Shown here one piece after another: positions 7,518-17,845 of a DNA stretch of 32,000 nucleotides. The DNA is from Planctopirus limnophila DSM 3776 (GTDB taxonomy: Bacteria > Planctomycetota > Planctomycetia > Planctomycetales > Planctomycetaceae), in the NCBI RefSeq assembly GCF_000092105.1, contig NC_014148.1:3780001-3812000 (forward strand), read 5' to 3'. Position 1 is the stretch's first letter, and each line of letters begins with the position of its first letter. Made by a program: the position numbers and the translations under genes. The notes beneath the pieces are model-generated. The model was not told where the DNA came from, made no database searches, and was given only the letters and a program-made list of their open reading frames with translations.

Positions 7518-9131
7518 TTAGTGAACAGCCCCTTCGATGGCTTTCTTCTTCTCACCAGGTTCGTTCCCCTTGGTCACGAGAACCTGAGTGGTGAGCATCA
7601 GACCGGCAATCGAAGAAGCAAATCGCAATGCGCTCTTTACCACCTTGGCTGGATCAACAATCCCGGCCTTGTACATATCGACATATTCGCCAGTCTGGGC
7701 ATTGAAGCCGTGGTTCTTGCCCAAGCTGCGCACTTCATCAGCCACGACAGCTCCATCGAGACCGCAGTTGGTGACAATCTGGCGAATCGGGGCTTCGAGT
7801 GCCTTGGTGACAATCTCGACACCAATCTTTTCGTCGCCTTTAGCCTTCACTTCGCTGACAGCTTCAATCGCTCGCAGAAGTGCAACACCACCGCCGGGGA
7901 GAATCCCTTCTTCGACAGCAGCGCGAGTCGCATGCAGGGCATCTTCGAGACGAGCCTTGGTCTGCTTCATCTCAGCTTCAGTCGTCGCACCGACGGAGAT
8001 GATCGCTACACCACCGGTGAGCTTCGCCAATCGCTCCTGGAACTTCTCGCGATCGTATTCGCTATCGGTCTGTTCGATCTGCTTGCGGATCTGATCGACA
8101 CGAGTCTTGATCGCTTCGGCATCGCCGGCACCGTCGATGAGAGTGGTCTTGTCTTTATCGACTTCAACCCGCTTGACCTGACCCAGATGACCCAGTTCAA
8201 CGGTTTCGAGCTTGATCCCGAGGTCTTCGGAAATGAGCGTGCCACCCGTGAGAACAGCCATATCACCCAGCATGGCCTTACGACGATCGCCAAAGCCAGG
8301 AGCCTTGACAGCCGCAATCTGCAGGATCCCGCGGAGCTTATTGACCACCAGGGCAGTCAACGCTTCGCCATCCACATCTTCAGCCACAACCAGCAGTGGC
8401 CGTCCGGTCTGGGCGACCTTCTCCAGCAGAGGCACGAATTCCCGCAGGCTGGAAATCTTCTTTTCGTAGAAGAGAACATAAGCGTTCTCAAGAATCACCT
8501 TCATCTCTTCGGCACTGGTGACGAAGTAAGGCGAAATGTAACCCTTGTCGAACTGCATCCCCTCGGCAAGATCGAGAGTAATGTTGTTCCCTTTACCTTC
8601 TTCGACAGTGATCACACCATCGCGTCCCACCTTCTCCATGGCGTCGGCAATGAGATCACCGATGGCCTTATCGTTATTGGCAGAAATTGCTCCCACCTGG
8701 GAGATTTCCTGCTTGGTGGCGACAGGCTTGGCCAGCTCTTCGATGGCCTTGATGGCAGCATCGACAGCCTTTTCAATCCCCTTACGCACGACCGTTGGGT
8801 TTGCACCCAGCGAGAGGCTGCGCAGACCTTGAGAGTAAATCGCACGGGCCAGCACAGTGGCCGTGGTCGTTCCATCGCCAGCGATATCACTGGTCTTGGA
8901 AGCCACTTCGTTGACCAGCTTGGCACCCATGTTCTCGAAGGGGTCTTCCAGCTCGACTTCCTTACTGACAGTCACACCGTCCTTGGTCACCACAGGGTTA
9001 CCAAAGCTCTTGTCGATGATGACATTGCGACCTGTCGGCCCCATGGTAACCGCAACAGCCTGGGCAAGGGTGTCCACGCCGCGCTGCAGCTTAACCCGGG
9101 CGAGATCTTCAAACAGCAGTTGTTTAGCCAC
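7518..9131 (-). CDS. groEL: chaperonin GroEL (paralogue B, no GGM tail)
   Basis: Carries Cpn60 hallmarks: [20 protein letters not shown] and GGGVALL. It uses a GTG start at 9131. The C-terminus ends ...[16 protein letters not shown] with no Gly-Gly-Met repeats. Confidence 0.95.
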   Translation of the reverse strand: MAKQLLFEDLARVKLQRGVDTLAQAVAVTMGPTGRNVIIDKSFGNPVVTKDGVTVSKEVELEDPFENMGAKLVNEVASKTSDIAGDGTTTATVLARAIYSQGLRSLSLGANPTVVRKGIEKAVDAAIKAIEELAKPVATKQEISQVGAISANNDKAIGDLIADAMEKVGRDGVITVEEGKGNNITLDLAEGMQFDKGYISPYFVTSAEEMKVILENAYVLFYEKKISSLREFVPLLEKVAQTGRPLLVVAEDVDGEALTALVVNKLRGILQIAAVKAPGFGDRRKAMLGDMAVLTGGTLISEDLGIKLETVELGHLGQVKRVEVDKDKTTLIDGAGDAEAIKTRVDQIRKQIEQTDSEYDREKFQERLAKLTGGVAIISVGATTEAEMKQTKARLEDALHATRAAVEEGILPGGGVALLRAIEAVSEVKAKGDEKIGVEIVTKALEAPIRQIVTNCGLDGAVVADEVRSLGKNHGFNAQTGEYVDMYKAGIVDPAKVVKSALRFASSIAGLMLTTQVLVTKGNEPGEKKKAIEGAVH

Positions 9132-9234
9132 AGAAGAAATTCCTTATTGAGAAGCCGCAGCAGTGATTCAGGCGGCGAACTATCAATTCAATTTGAAGTG
9201 AAAACACAGTAAGAATCAGCCAATCCCGTGGAAG

Positions 9235-9271
9235 GTCTGGCAGGTCAATCGAGCCGAAAAACCTGCCAGAC
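9235..9271 (-). promoter_or_regulatory. intercistronic hairpin between groES and groEL copy B
   Basis: gtctggcagg (9235-9244) pairs perfectly with cctgccagac (9262-9271), a 10-bp stem and 17-nt loop, about 20 nt after the groES stop. No T-tract follows. Confidence 0.5.
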
Positions 9272-9290
9272 TTCGAATTGCTGATGATAA

Positions 9291-9581
9291 CTAGGCAGTA
9301 ATCTTGGCGAGGATGTCGGCTTCACGCAGGATCTTGACATCTTCACCATCGACTTCGATTTCAGTTCCGCCGTACTTGGCGAACAGAACTTCGTCGCCAA
9401 CCACCAGCGAAATCGGATGACGCTCACCGTTGTCGAGCAGGCGGCCTGGGCCGACAGCGACAACCTTGCCACGCTGTGGCTTTTCCTTAGCAGCATCGGG
9501 CAGAACAATTCCGCCAGCAGTCTTCTCTTCGGCACTCAGAGGCTGCACTACAACACGATCATCCAGAGGCTTCAGGGCCAT
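9291..9581 (-). CDS. groES: co-chaperonin GroES
   Basis: [46 protein letters not shown]... is canonical Cpn10 (96 aa). The ATG at 9581 is preceded by aagaggag. The track ORF start at 9650 adds 23 atypical residues. Confidence 0.95.
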   Translation of the reverse strand: MALKPLDDRVVVQPLSAEEKTAGGIVLPDAAKEKPQRGKVVAVGPGRLLDNGERHPISLVVGDEVLFAKYGGTEIEVDGEDVKILREADILAKITA

Positions 9582-9727
9582 CGATATTCTCCTCTTATTG
9601 AAAAGCTTTGAATCCAGCTTGTTTGTTTGAAAATTGTCCCGGCTCACCAACAGTCAGTGGATCTCCGAGAACCTGAAAGACATTCAGCAGCAGGCAGCGA
9701 TAACACCGTAGGGAGACCAAACTTCGC

Positions 9728-11428
<1,701 letters not shown>

Positions 11429-11670
11429 TCAATCAGCAAGTGCGTCTTATGTCGATTCAGGTCACTGGGAGCCGCCCACCTGGCGATTGTCACTTCCCAG
11501 CTCACCATCGCGCAACTCCCAAACAAACTTGCGGCAGGCAGGCAAACCTCCCACCGTCGTACGCTCTCTTCGCAAAGCATTTCGCGTGCCCATAGCGGAT
11601 ATTTCGACGCAACATGTTTCCACAAATAGTTTTGCGACCCATATTGCTGGAGTCAGGAATTTTGAGATTA

Positions 11671-11687
11671 TCTGCCAAACTGGCAGA
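11671..11687. promoter_or_regulatory. perfect palindrome TCTGCCA-AAC-TGGCAGA, candidate operator
   Basis: 7-bp arms with a 3-nt spacer, in the 385-bp divergent intergenic region between groEL copy A and the isomerase gene. Confidence 0.3.
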
Positions 11688-11732
11688 ATCGAGGCTTCCA
11701 GCGAGTTTCGGACTGTCAGAAAAGCGGTGACT

Positions 11733-11749
11733 TCTGCCAAACTTGACAG
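11733..11749. promoter_or_regulatory. second, degenerate copy of the TCTGCCAAACT motif, overlapping a TTGACA hexamer
   Basis: tctgccaaacttgacag shares 14 of 17 positions with the palindrome 62 nt away. It contains TTGACA (11743-11748), about 58 nt upstream of the isomerase ATG. Confidence 0.3.
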
Positions 11750-11805
11750 CACAATAGGCTTTCACAAACTCCCCAAGACACCCTTTGCCCCTGAAGAGAT
11801 GCTCC

Positions 11806-12789
11806 ATGCTTCACCGACGCCAATGCCTGAAATCTCTGCTGACGGGAGGAGTGGCCTGCCTGCTGAATCTGAACTCACCACCCACCCCGGAATTCGGCCA
11901 CCTTTTCTCAAAGCCTGCCGCAGGGAACGAACTGGCCTTACCCGCAAAGCTGCAAACCGGCTTCAGTCTGTATGGAGTTACCGACCAGCCACTTACCGCC
12001 GCTCTCCAGCAGATTGCCGAGACTGGTTACGGAGGGATTGAACTTCCTCTCCTTCCGGGCGGTTTGTTCGATCCTCTCAAGCTGTCGGCTGTCGACTGCC
12101 AGGTGATCCGTTCACAGATCGAAGCCGAATCTCTCGACCTGCAGGCTGTCATGGAGAACCTGCCCCTCTTGAACCAGAACCTCTCAGCCGCAGATGACGA
12201 GCAGCGTCTGAAGCGAGCTTTCTATGTCTCACGCAAAGTTTCTCCTGAGACACAGCCATTGCTGGAAACGATTCTCGGCGGTAAACCGGGAGATTGGCCG
12301 CAACTCAAAAACTTCGCGATCGATCAGTTGGGCCGCTGGGCAGAACTCGCGAAGTCGGAAGACGCAGTGATCGCGATCAAGCCTCATATCTCGAACGCAC
12401 TTCAGAGGCCTGACGATATTGCCGGAGTCTTCGACGAAATTCGCAGCCCCTATTTACGGCTGGCCTTTGACTATAGTCACCTCGAACGACAGCGCATCCC
12501 CATCGATGTCGCCGTCCGAACCTTGGCCCGTTATTCGGTCTTTGTGCATGTGAAAGATAACGTCCCGGCAGGAACCGGCTGGCAATTCGCCCTCCCCGGC
12601 CAGGGAACAACCGATTACGCGACGTTATTCACTTCACTCAAAGAAGCCGGCTATCGCGGACCAATCTGCGTCGAAGTCTCCAGCCAGGTCTTCTCGAAAC
12701 CCGGCTTCAGCAGCAAAGAAGCCATCACCAACACCTGGACCGCCTTAAGACCCGCCTTCGAAAAGGCGGGCATCATTACCGTAGCGTGA
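11806..12789 (+). CDS. sugar phosphate isomerase/epimerase (xylose isomerase-like TIM barrel) with Tat-type signal
   Basis: The N-terminus [20 protein letters not shown] is a twin-arginine-like leader. The body has the AP-endonuclease-2/xylose-isomerase-like pattern (GYGGIELP..., [27 protein letters not shown]). I prefer the ATG at 11806 over the TTG at 11785. Confidence 0.8.
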   Translation: MLHRRQCLKSLLTGGVACLLNLNSPPTPEFGHLFSKPAAGNELALPAKLQTGFSLYGVTDQPLTAALQQIAETGYGGIELPLLPGGLFDPLKLSAVDCQVIRSQIEAESLDLQAVMENLPLLNQNLSAADDEQRLKRAFYVSRKVSPETQPLLETILGGKPGDWPQLKNFAIDQLGRWAELAKSEDAVIAIKPHISNALQRPDDIAGVFDEIRSPYLRLAFDYSHLERQRIPIDVAVRTLARYSVFVHVKDNVPAGTGWQFALPGQGTTDYATLFTSLKEAGYRGPICVEVSSQVFSKPGFSSKEAITNTWTALRPAFEKAGIITVA

Positions 12790-12803
12790 ATCGCATTAAG
12801 TAT

Positions 12804-13304
12804 CTAAGCGACAACTTGCGTCACAACGTTCGGCACAATCTGATTGCGTGAGCTTTTGAGTGCCAGCACAGTGACGACCAGAAAAGCCACCAGTAATGCC
12901 AGTTGAGCCAGGGCAAAGGGAAGTTCTGTTTGTGTCGGAGCAAGAGCCTTTAAGAACGGGATCTTCAAGAACATCTGCACGATCAGTACGAACAGATTGA
13001 GATAAAAAGCCACGAGTGCATTCACTCGATAAGTCGCACGCCAGCGACCGGCTTCATGCTTCACGTAGCGAGCCACCAGCGCCACACCCAACACGACGAG
13101 CGAAATGATGCCGAACGCATGCGACGGCAAAAATCGGTCGGCAGGCAGCAGAAAGCCGGACACACTGGTCGCAATCATCGTGGCCAGAAAGAGGGCATTC
13201 CACCCCTTATGCGAACGATTGCTCAGAAATCCTTGAGCAACGACAAACCCGGCCAAAATTCCAATCAGACTGATCCCGACATGAAAGACAAGCATGAAAG
13301 ACAT
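12804..13304 (-). CDS. small integral membrane protein, function unknown
   Basis: 166 aa with 4-5 clear hydrophobic spans (LIGILAGFVVAQGF, LFLATMIATSVSGFLL, GIISLVVLGVALVA, LVAFYLNLFVLIVQMF, LAQLALLVAFLVVTVLAL). Confidence 0.7.
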   Translation of the reverse strand: MSFMLVFHVGISLIGILAGFVVAQGFLSNRSHKGWNALFLATMIATSVSGFLLPADRFLPSHAFGIISLVVLGVALVARYVKHEAGRWRATYRVNALVAFYLNLFVLIVQMFLKIPFLKALAPTQTELPFALAQLALLVAFLVVTVLALKSSRNQIVPNVVTQVVA

Positions 13305-13493
13305 GATTCATCCATTCTCCAGGAACGACTGGCCTCAGGTGATCAAAGGGAACCTGAATCATGACCTGTCATTCGTCATGCATGGATAACCACCCCCGGA
13401 CAAACTTCTTTCACTCGGGTTGACCACCTGCACCCAGCCAACGGGAACCGGGGCCATCCATCGCAGTGGAATCGTTGATTTCCAGCTTGAAAA

Positions 13494-13521
13494 CTGGCAG
13501 TTCTCTCTGTCAGAGGTTTTT
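13494..13521. terminator. hairpin with flanking A/T runs downstream of the hydrolase gene
   Basis: ctggcag (13494-13500) pairs with ctgtcag (13507-13513), 7 bp with one G-U (+ strand) or A-C (- strand) position. It is flanked by aaaa and ttttt, and lies about 45 nt after the stop at 13567. Confidence 0.45.
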
Positions 13522-13566
13522 CATATAGCCGCGATAGCGCCCATCATTTTGGCGAGAATAACTCAA

Positions 13567-14532
13567 CTATGGTGTTTTAACCTTCAAGTGATGTTTGAAG
13601 AAATCAAAGATATTGGGCCGCACCACATCCGGAGCCCCCGGATAGCTGAACTCGCACTCCACTCCATCCGCACGCAGTTTCTCTGCCAGCTTGACACTCC
13701 AGTTGGCAGAATGGGGCGGATCATTCTGAGGTTTACCCATCTCGGGTGGAGCACCATAAAACAGATAAGTGGGAGGGTCATCGCGAGTCGCCAGCGAGTA
13801 AGGTGAGTTCTCCTGAATAAAGGGCAAAAGCTCCTCCCTTTGCTTGAGAAACTGCTCCTGGTTATAGATTCCAAAGGCGTGATATCCATAGTTATTGTTC
13901 GGGATCCATTCGCGCGCCAGACTCAGGTCGAGTGTCGTCTGGGGCACAAACGCCATGACACAGGTGACCCGCGTCGATTCCCGTTGAACAGGGTTCTCAC
14001 TTTTAGGATCAGCCATGTCATCATGATAGGCCAGCCACAACGCACTGAAGCCACCGGCTGAGGCACCGCATAACGCGATACGCTGCTTATCAATCTTCCA
14101 CGCCTGAGCCTGACTCCGGGTGAATTGCAGGGCTAGAGCCGCATCTTCCAAAGGAGCCTTAACGGGTGGCTTGATCCCACCGGCAACTCCATGCTGTATA
14201 TACCGGTAATTAATCGAGACGACAGAGACACCGGATTTCAAGGCCAGTTCGAGAAAATCGGGCCGGGCCTTGTCACCGACATTCCAGCCACCACTATGTA
14301 TAAAAAACAAGACGGGAAAGGTCTCTGCCGGTTCCGCTTCCTTAATACCAGTCACTGGTGACTTGGCTTGGTAAAAATCCAGAACCTGCCGCTCGTGCGG
14401 CCCATATCGTACATTCGCATACGTCGGGACAATCTCTGCCGCTCCTGATGGAGCCACGAGACCAATCAGCAGAACCATCAAGGCCAGTAGACGAAAATAC
14501 ATCCTCAACTCACTCCCCGAAAATCTCGCCAT
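13567..14532 (-). CDS. secreted alpha/beta hydrolase (esterase/lipase fold-3 type)
   Basis: Has a signal peptide (YFRLLALMVLLIGLVAPSGAAE), an oxyanion-hole-like motif (FIHSGGW) and a nucleophile elbow (GASAGG). An alternative start is the Met at 14502. Confidence 0.8.
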   Translation of the reverse strand: MARFSGSELRMYFRLLALMVLLIGLVAPSGAAEIVPTYANVRYGPHERQVLDFYQAKSPVTGIKEAEPAETFPVLFFIHSGGWNVGDKARPDFLELALKSGVSVVSINYRYIQHGVAGGIKPPVKAPLEDAALALQFTRSQAQAWKIDKQRIALCGASAGGFSALWLAYHDDMADPKSENPVQRESTRVTCVMAFVPQTTLDLSLAREWIPNNNYGYHAFGIYNQEQFLKQREELLPFIQENSPYSLATRDDPPTYLFYGAPPEMGKPQNDPPHSANWSVKLAEKLRADGVECEFSYPGAPDVVRPNIFDFFKHHLKVKTP

Positions 14533-14627
14533 AAGCCTGCGATGTGAGCAAAGGATGCCATCTGGCAGACCCCGGGCTATATAACGGAATCACCGACAGA
14601 GACATCCTGAAGACTGTGACACGTCTG

Positions 14628-15827
14628 TCAACGCGAAAGTTGCTGGAGATGTTGATCCACAAATCCCCAGGCGCTGGCATCGTGAAACTCGTGGCCCCCT
14701 TCAAACACGAGATGCTCGAAGTTTGTCTTCTTGCCCAGTTTTTCGTAGTAACTCGCTGAGCGTGGCGCCATCTCGATTCCAGCTTCCCGATGATGAACTC
14801 CATCCTTTTTCCCAGCCTGAATATGCAACGGGCGAGGTGCAATCAAGGCCACAAGATCGTCATCTCGAAAGAGCGAAAAGCGATCCATGAAGCAGAAATC
14901 ACTCGGGACGGAAAGCTCATTTTCTCGATACCGGCTCTCCTGCACGCCGTAATAGCAACTCGATGCTGCGACATGAATCCGTGGCTCAAGTGCCGTCGTG
15001 ACGAGTGTATAGAAACCTCCATACGACAGCCCGACCATCGCCACTCGCGTCGGATCAACTTCAGGACGCTGCAAGAGAACATCGAGGCTGCGTGTGATTT
15101 TCGCGATCTCGACAGCCGTAATGCTCGTTCCCTGATGCCTGAGCCGATTGTCGATCTGGCGGCGGATATCGGCAGGATAAGCATCCGCCTTAAAGAGATG
15201 CTGCGGTGCAAAAACCACATAACCGCGTTTGACACCGCCACGCACCATATCGTGATAGTTGGCTCCTCCTTTGAAAAGTGCCACTTCTGGAGAGCCCCCT
15301 CCACCGTGCATGGCGATGACCAGTGGTGCCGGCTTTGTCACATGCTTGGGCGTGATATAGATTCCTTCCGCATGAACCTCGGGCAGAACGGGGATTGTAG
15401 CGCGGTAGTAGATGCCGATCGCATCTTCACCGATCTTCTCGAATTGAGCCGGCTCGGCAGGAACTGCACCCGGCGGGGGATATCCAATCGATTGAGCAAA
15501 GGCGCGGCGGTAAGGTTCGACCGAAGCCTGATACTTCTCGATTGAGGTATAATCTGGCTGGAGAATCTGATGCAGCCGGGATGTGTCGGATTTCAGGTAA
15601 GCGATGTAGCGTTCGAGCTCGGCTGCCTGGGCATTTCTCAGTGGATTCGAAGCTGTCACATCCTGCTCGAAATAGACCGGCTTCTGCTCAATCGAGGGAA
15701 CTGCTGCTGGTGCATTGGAAGTCGGCTCCGGGTTCGTTTGCCCGCTGGCTGCCGCTGCAAAAAATCCACTCCAACACAACGTCAGTAATGCCATAGAGCG
15801 ATAGCGAAACGAATTGAGGCGGTTCAT
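14628..15827 (-). CDS. secreted alpha/beta hydrolase (dienelactone hydrolase/acetyl-esterase-like)
   Basis: Has a signal peptide (MALLTLCWSGFFAAAASGQ), an HGGGG motif (VIAMHGGGGSP), a nucleophile elbow (GLSYGG) and a C-terminal GGHEFH. Its ATG (15827-15825) overlaps the TGA (15826-15824) of the upstream transporter. Confidence 0.8.
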   Translation of the reverse strand: MNRLNSFRYRSMALLTLCWSGFFAAAASGQTNPEPTSNAPAAVPSIEQKPVYFEQDVTASNPLRNAQAAELERYIAYLKSDTSRLHQILQPDYTSIEKYQASVEPYRRAFAQSIGYPPPGAVPAEPAQFEKIGEDAIGIYYRATIPVLPEVHAEGIYITPKHVTKPAPLVIAMHGGGGSPEVALFKGGANYHDMVRGGVKRGYVVFAPQHLFKADAYPADIRRQIDNRLRHQGTSITAVEIAKITRSLDVLLQRPEVDPTRVAMVGLSYGGFYTLVTTALEPRIHVAASSCYYGVQESRYRENELSVPSDFCFMDRFSLFRDDDLVALIAPRPLHIQAGKKDGVHHREAGIEMAPRSASYYEKLGKKTNFEHLVFEGGHEFHDASAWGFVDQHLQQLSR

Positions 15828-17146
15828 CGTGGAATCTCCACAGAATGGTTCACAGTAGCAGAATCAAGGGAATCTGGTGTTGCTTGATTGGCATTGTCAC
15901 CGGGAAGGGATGGTGCCGTAGAGTGAACATCTTCACCACGATCTTCCAGCCGAAACCAGCCTAGCTTCAGGCAATAGGCCATCGCCAGGCCCAGCACAAA
16001 GCCAATGGCAATGTTGTTGAGGCCCAGACAGGCTCCCGTCGTTAGCAGCATCGTAAAGGCATCGCTGCGGCTGGTCTGATCACGACAGACAAGCGCCAGT
16101 TCCATGCCACTGAAGGCCAGCATCACTCCCAGGACACTCTGGGGAAAGGACTGGCAAATCGCCATGAGCGACGCCCCCAGGGTGATCGCGAGCACGATTT
16201 TGACAGCCCCCAGAAACAGGATGGAACCATTCGTCCGGGCGCCAAAGCGGTACTGCCCTGCCAACCCTCCGGCTCCATGACACATCGGCATGCCACCAAA
16301 CCAGCAGGCCACCAGGTTCATCATGCCGACACTGATGGATACCTTGCGGGGATCGGCGGCGCGAGTAGGAAAAAGATCGACCGAAAGAGCACAGACCGCA
16401 ATGACCGAATTCAGCGTCGTCAATGGAATCTGTGGGAGAGCCGCTTTCGGGAATGCCGTGACAAAATCATTGATGGCAATGGGCGACCAGGCAGGAAATG
16501 TCAGGCCCAACCCAAGATTCTGCCAGATGGCCGGCTGATGGATGACCGTGATCATCATCCCGATTCCAAACAGCAATAACGCAGCAGGAATTCGACGCGA
16601 GAAGAACAGCAGCAGCACAATCACTGCACACACGAGGCCCATGAGATAGCTATCCAGTCCCCACCATTGTCTGGTGGCCGAAACCATCTGCATCCCCTTC
16701 ATGAGAAGTGTCAGGCCCAGTGCCAGTTGCAAACCACGCACCACAGAGCGGGGCACGATCCGATTGAGCCAGTTGATCCCGCCGGATAATCCGAGGATGA
16801 GGATGATGAGACTGACCGTCGCTCCCGCCGCAAGAATCTGAGGTGTGGTAAGCCCTTCTGTCAGAGCGACTGCTGCAATGGCTTTCATGGGCTGAACAGC
16901 CATGGGTATCGAGAAGGTTAGCCCGGTTACAATGTTGAACAGACCGGCGAAGAAGAGTGCCGAGGCGAAGTTCAAACCATTCTGCGCTGACATCCCGACC
17001 AGCAGCGGCAGAAATGTCCCCAAGTCCCCCAGCGAACCCGCAATCTCATGCCGATTGAAACGGGCATAGCGCAAGTTTTGTGGAACGAGTTGCCACAACG
17101 TTCTTCGTGAAGGAGATGTCTTTGCACGAGGTTCCATCGTCCACAT
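15824..17146 (-). CDS. MOT1-family (sulfate/molybdate transporter-like) anion permease
   Basis: A polytopic membrane protein carrying both conserved MOT1-type motifs: IPMAVQPMKAIAAVAL and GGMPMCHGAGGLAGQYRFGARTNGS. It also has GDLGTFLPLL near the N-terminus and lacks a STAS domain. Confidence 0.8.
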   Translation of the reverse strand: MWTMEPRAKTSPSRRTLWQLVPQNLRYARFNRHEIAGSLGDLGTFLPLLVGMSAQNGLNFASALFFAGLFNIVTGLTFSIPMAVQPMKAIAAVALTEGLTTPQILAAGATVSLIILILGLSGGINWLNRIVPRSVVRGLQLALGLTLLMKGMQMVSATRQWWGLDSYLMGLVCAVIVLLLFFSRRIPAALLLFGIGMMITVIHQPAIWQNLGLGLTFPAWSPIAINDFVTAFPKAALPQIPLTTLNSVIAVCALSVDLFPTRAADPRKVSISVGMMNLVACWFGGMPMCHGAGGLAGQYRFGARTNGSILFLGAVKIVLAITLGASLMAICQSFPQSVLGVMLAFSGMELALVCRDQTSRSDAFTMLLTTGACLGLNNIAIGFVLGLAMAYCLKLGWFRLEDRGEDVHSTAPSLPGDNANQATPDSLDSATVNHSVEIPR

Positions 17147-17328
17147 CAGTTTGCTTCCGCCAGCGGGAACCTGGCCATGCGGATCGACGAATTGATTTCA
17201 TGACCTGCCAGATCGTGTCCACCGAGATTTCAGTTTTAGACTAATCCCCCTGGCAGCAATTCTCCAGACGCTCCTCTGTGTAAACGATGTGAACCCCACG
17301 TGTGGCGATGGCAACTCTCAGAAATTGT

Positions 17329-17730
17329 TCAAGGGATCGTGAACTGAAATGAGTTCTCACCCGTGACCACTTCGACCTCTTCAGGAACCAGATACGGCGG
17401 TGGTGGAGGAAGTGGCGCTGCATCGGGACTGTTGCTCGATGCGATTGTAGGAAACTCAATCGTGACCCGATGCTTCCCCAAAGTGGCACCGGGTTGATTG
17501 GCCACATAGAGCAGAGTAAATGACCCATCACTCGCCGTTGTTGCAGAAGAGGGTCGGCCTTTGGTCAGCGGAGCGAACGTCACATTCGCATTCGCTATCG
17601 GAGCCCCATTTTTCGAAACGCGACCAGAAACTGGTGCCAGTGTGGGAGTCGGTGCACCGCCACAACCCCCAAGGAACATCGCACCGATCATCACGACCAA
17701 AAACTGGCACCGTAGGGAAGCAATGGACAT
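17329..17730 (-). CDS. small lipoprotein with carboxypeptidase-regulatory-like beta-sandwich
   Basis: From the ATG at 17730: MSIASLRCQFLVVMIGAMFLGGCGG (lipobox L-G-G-C), then VSGRVSKNGAPIANANVTFAP...SDGSFTL. The track ORF start at 17862 adds 44 atypical residues and would overlap the upstream gene. Confidence 0.7.
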   Translation of the reverse strand: MSIASLRCQFLVVMIGAMFLGGCGGAPTPTLAPVSGRVSKNGAPIANANVTFAPLTKGRPSSATTASDGSFTLLYVANQPGATLGKHRVTIEFPTIASSNSPDAAPLPPPPPYLVPEEVEVVTGENSFQFTIP

Positions 17731-17845
17731 TGACAGTTTCCGAAATGAAAAATTGCCTGGGAGTATTTCCAAGATGAGAAAGCAGCTCCGGCAAGGTGCC
17801 CGCTGATGGGCACCGCCGGGAGCATCGAAAGGGATCCATCGCAAC

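Noticed and set aside
7485-9212. A 575-aa ORF on the + strand spanning the whole of groEL copy B. Similar ORFs are 9989..11287 (432 aa) opposite groEL copy A, 20266..21555 (429 aa) opposite the response regulator, 5570..6133 opposite grpE, 6877..7326 opposite dnaJ, 14790..15545 and 23073..23618.
   Set aside because: These are antisense shadow ORFs. The sense genes are unambiguous (GroEL, GrpE, DnaJ, NtrC-type, hydrolase, DUF1080) and rarely use the codons whose complements are stops, so the opposite strand stays open. Their translations are low-information (rich in L/R/S/G/D) with no motifs and no start context.
17162-17177. A sigma-54-like match, TGGCCAggttcCCGCT (minus strand), upstream of the MOT1-type transporter.
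   Set aside because: The GG/GC spacing is correct, but both elements are weak (CCGCT against TTGCA). The implied transcription start would fall only about 10 nt before the ATG, leaving no room for a leader or ribosome-binding site.
17147-17328. A possible molybdenum-cofactor riboswitch in the 182-nt leader of the MOT1-type transporter.
   Set aside because: I could not find the conserved Moco-motif segments or a convincing multi-stem fold in this region by eye. A cmscan run would settle it.
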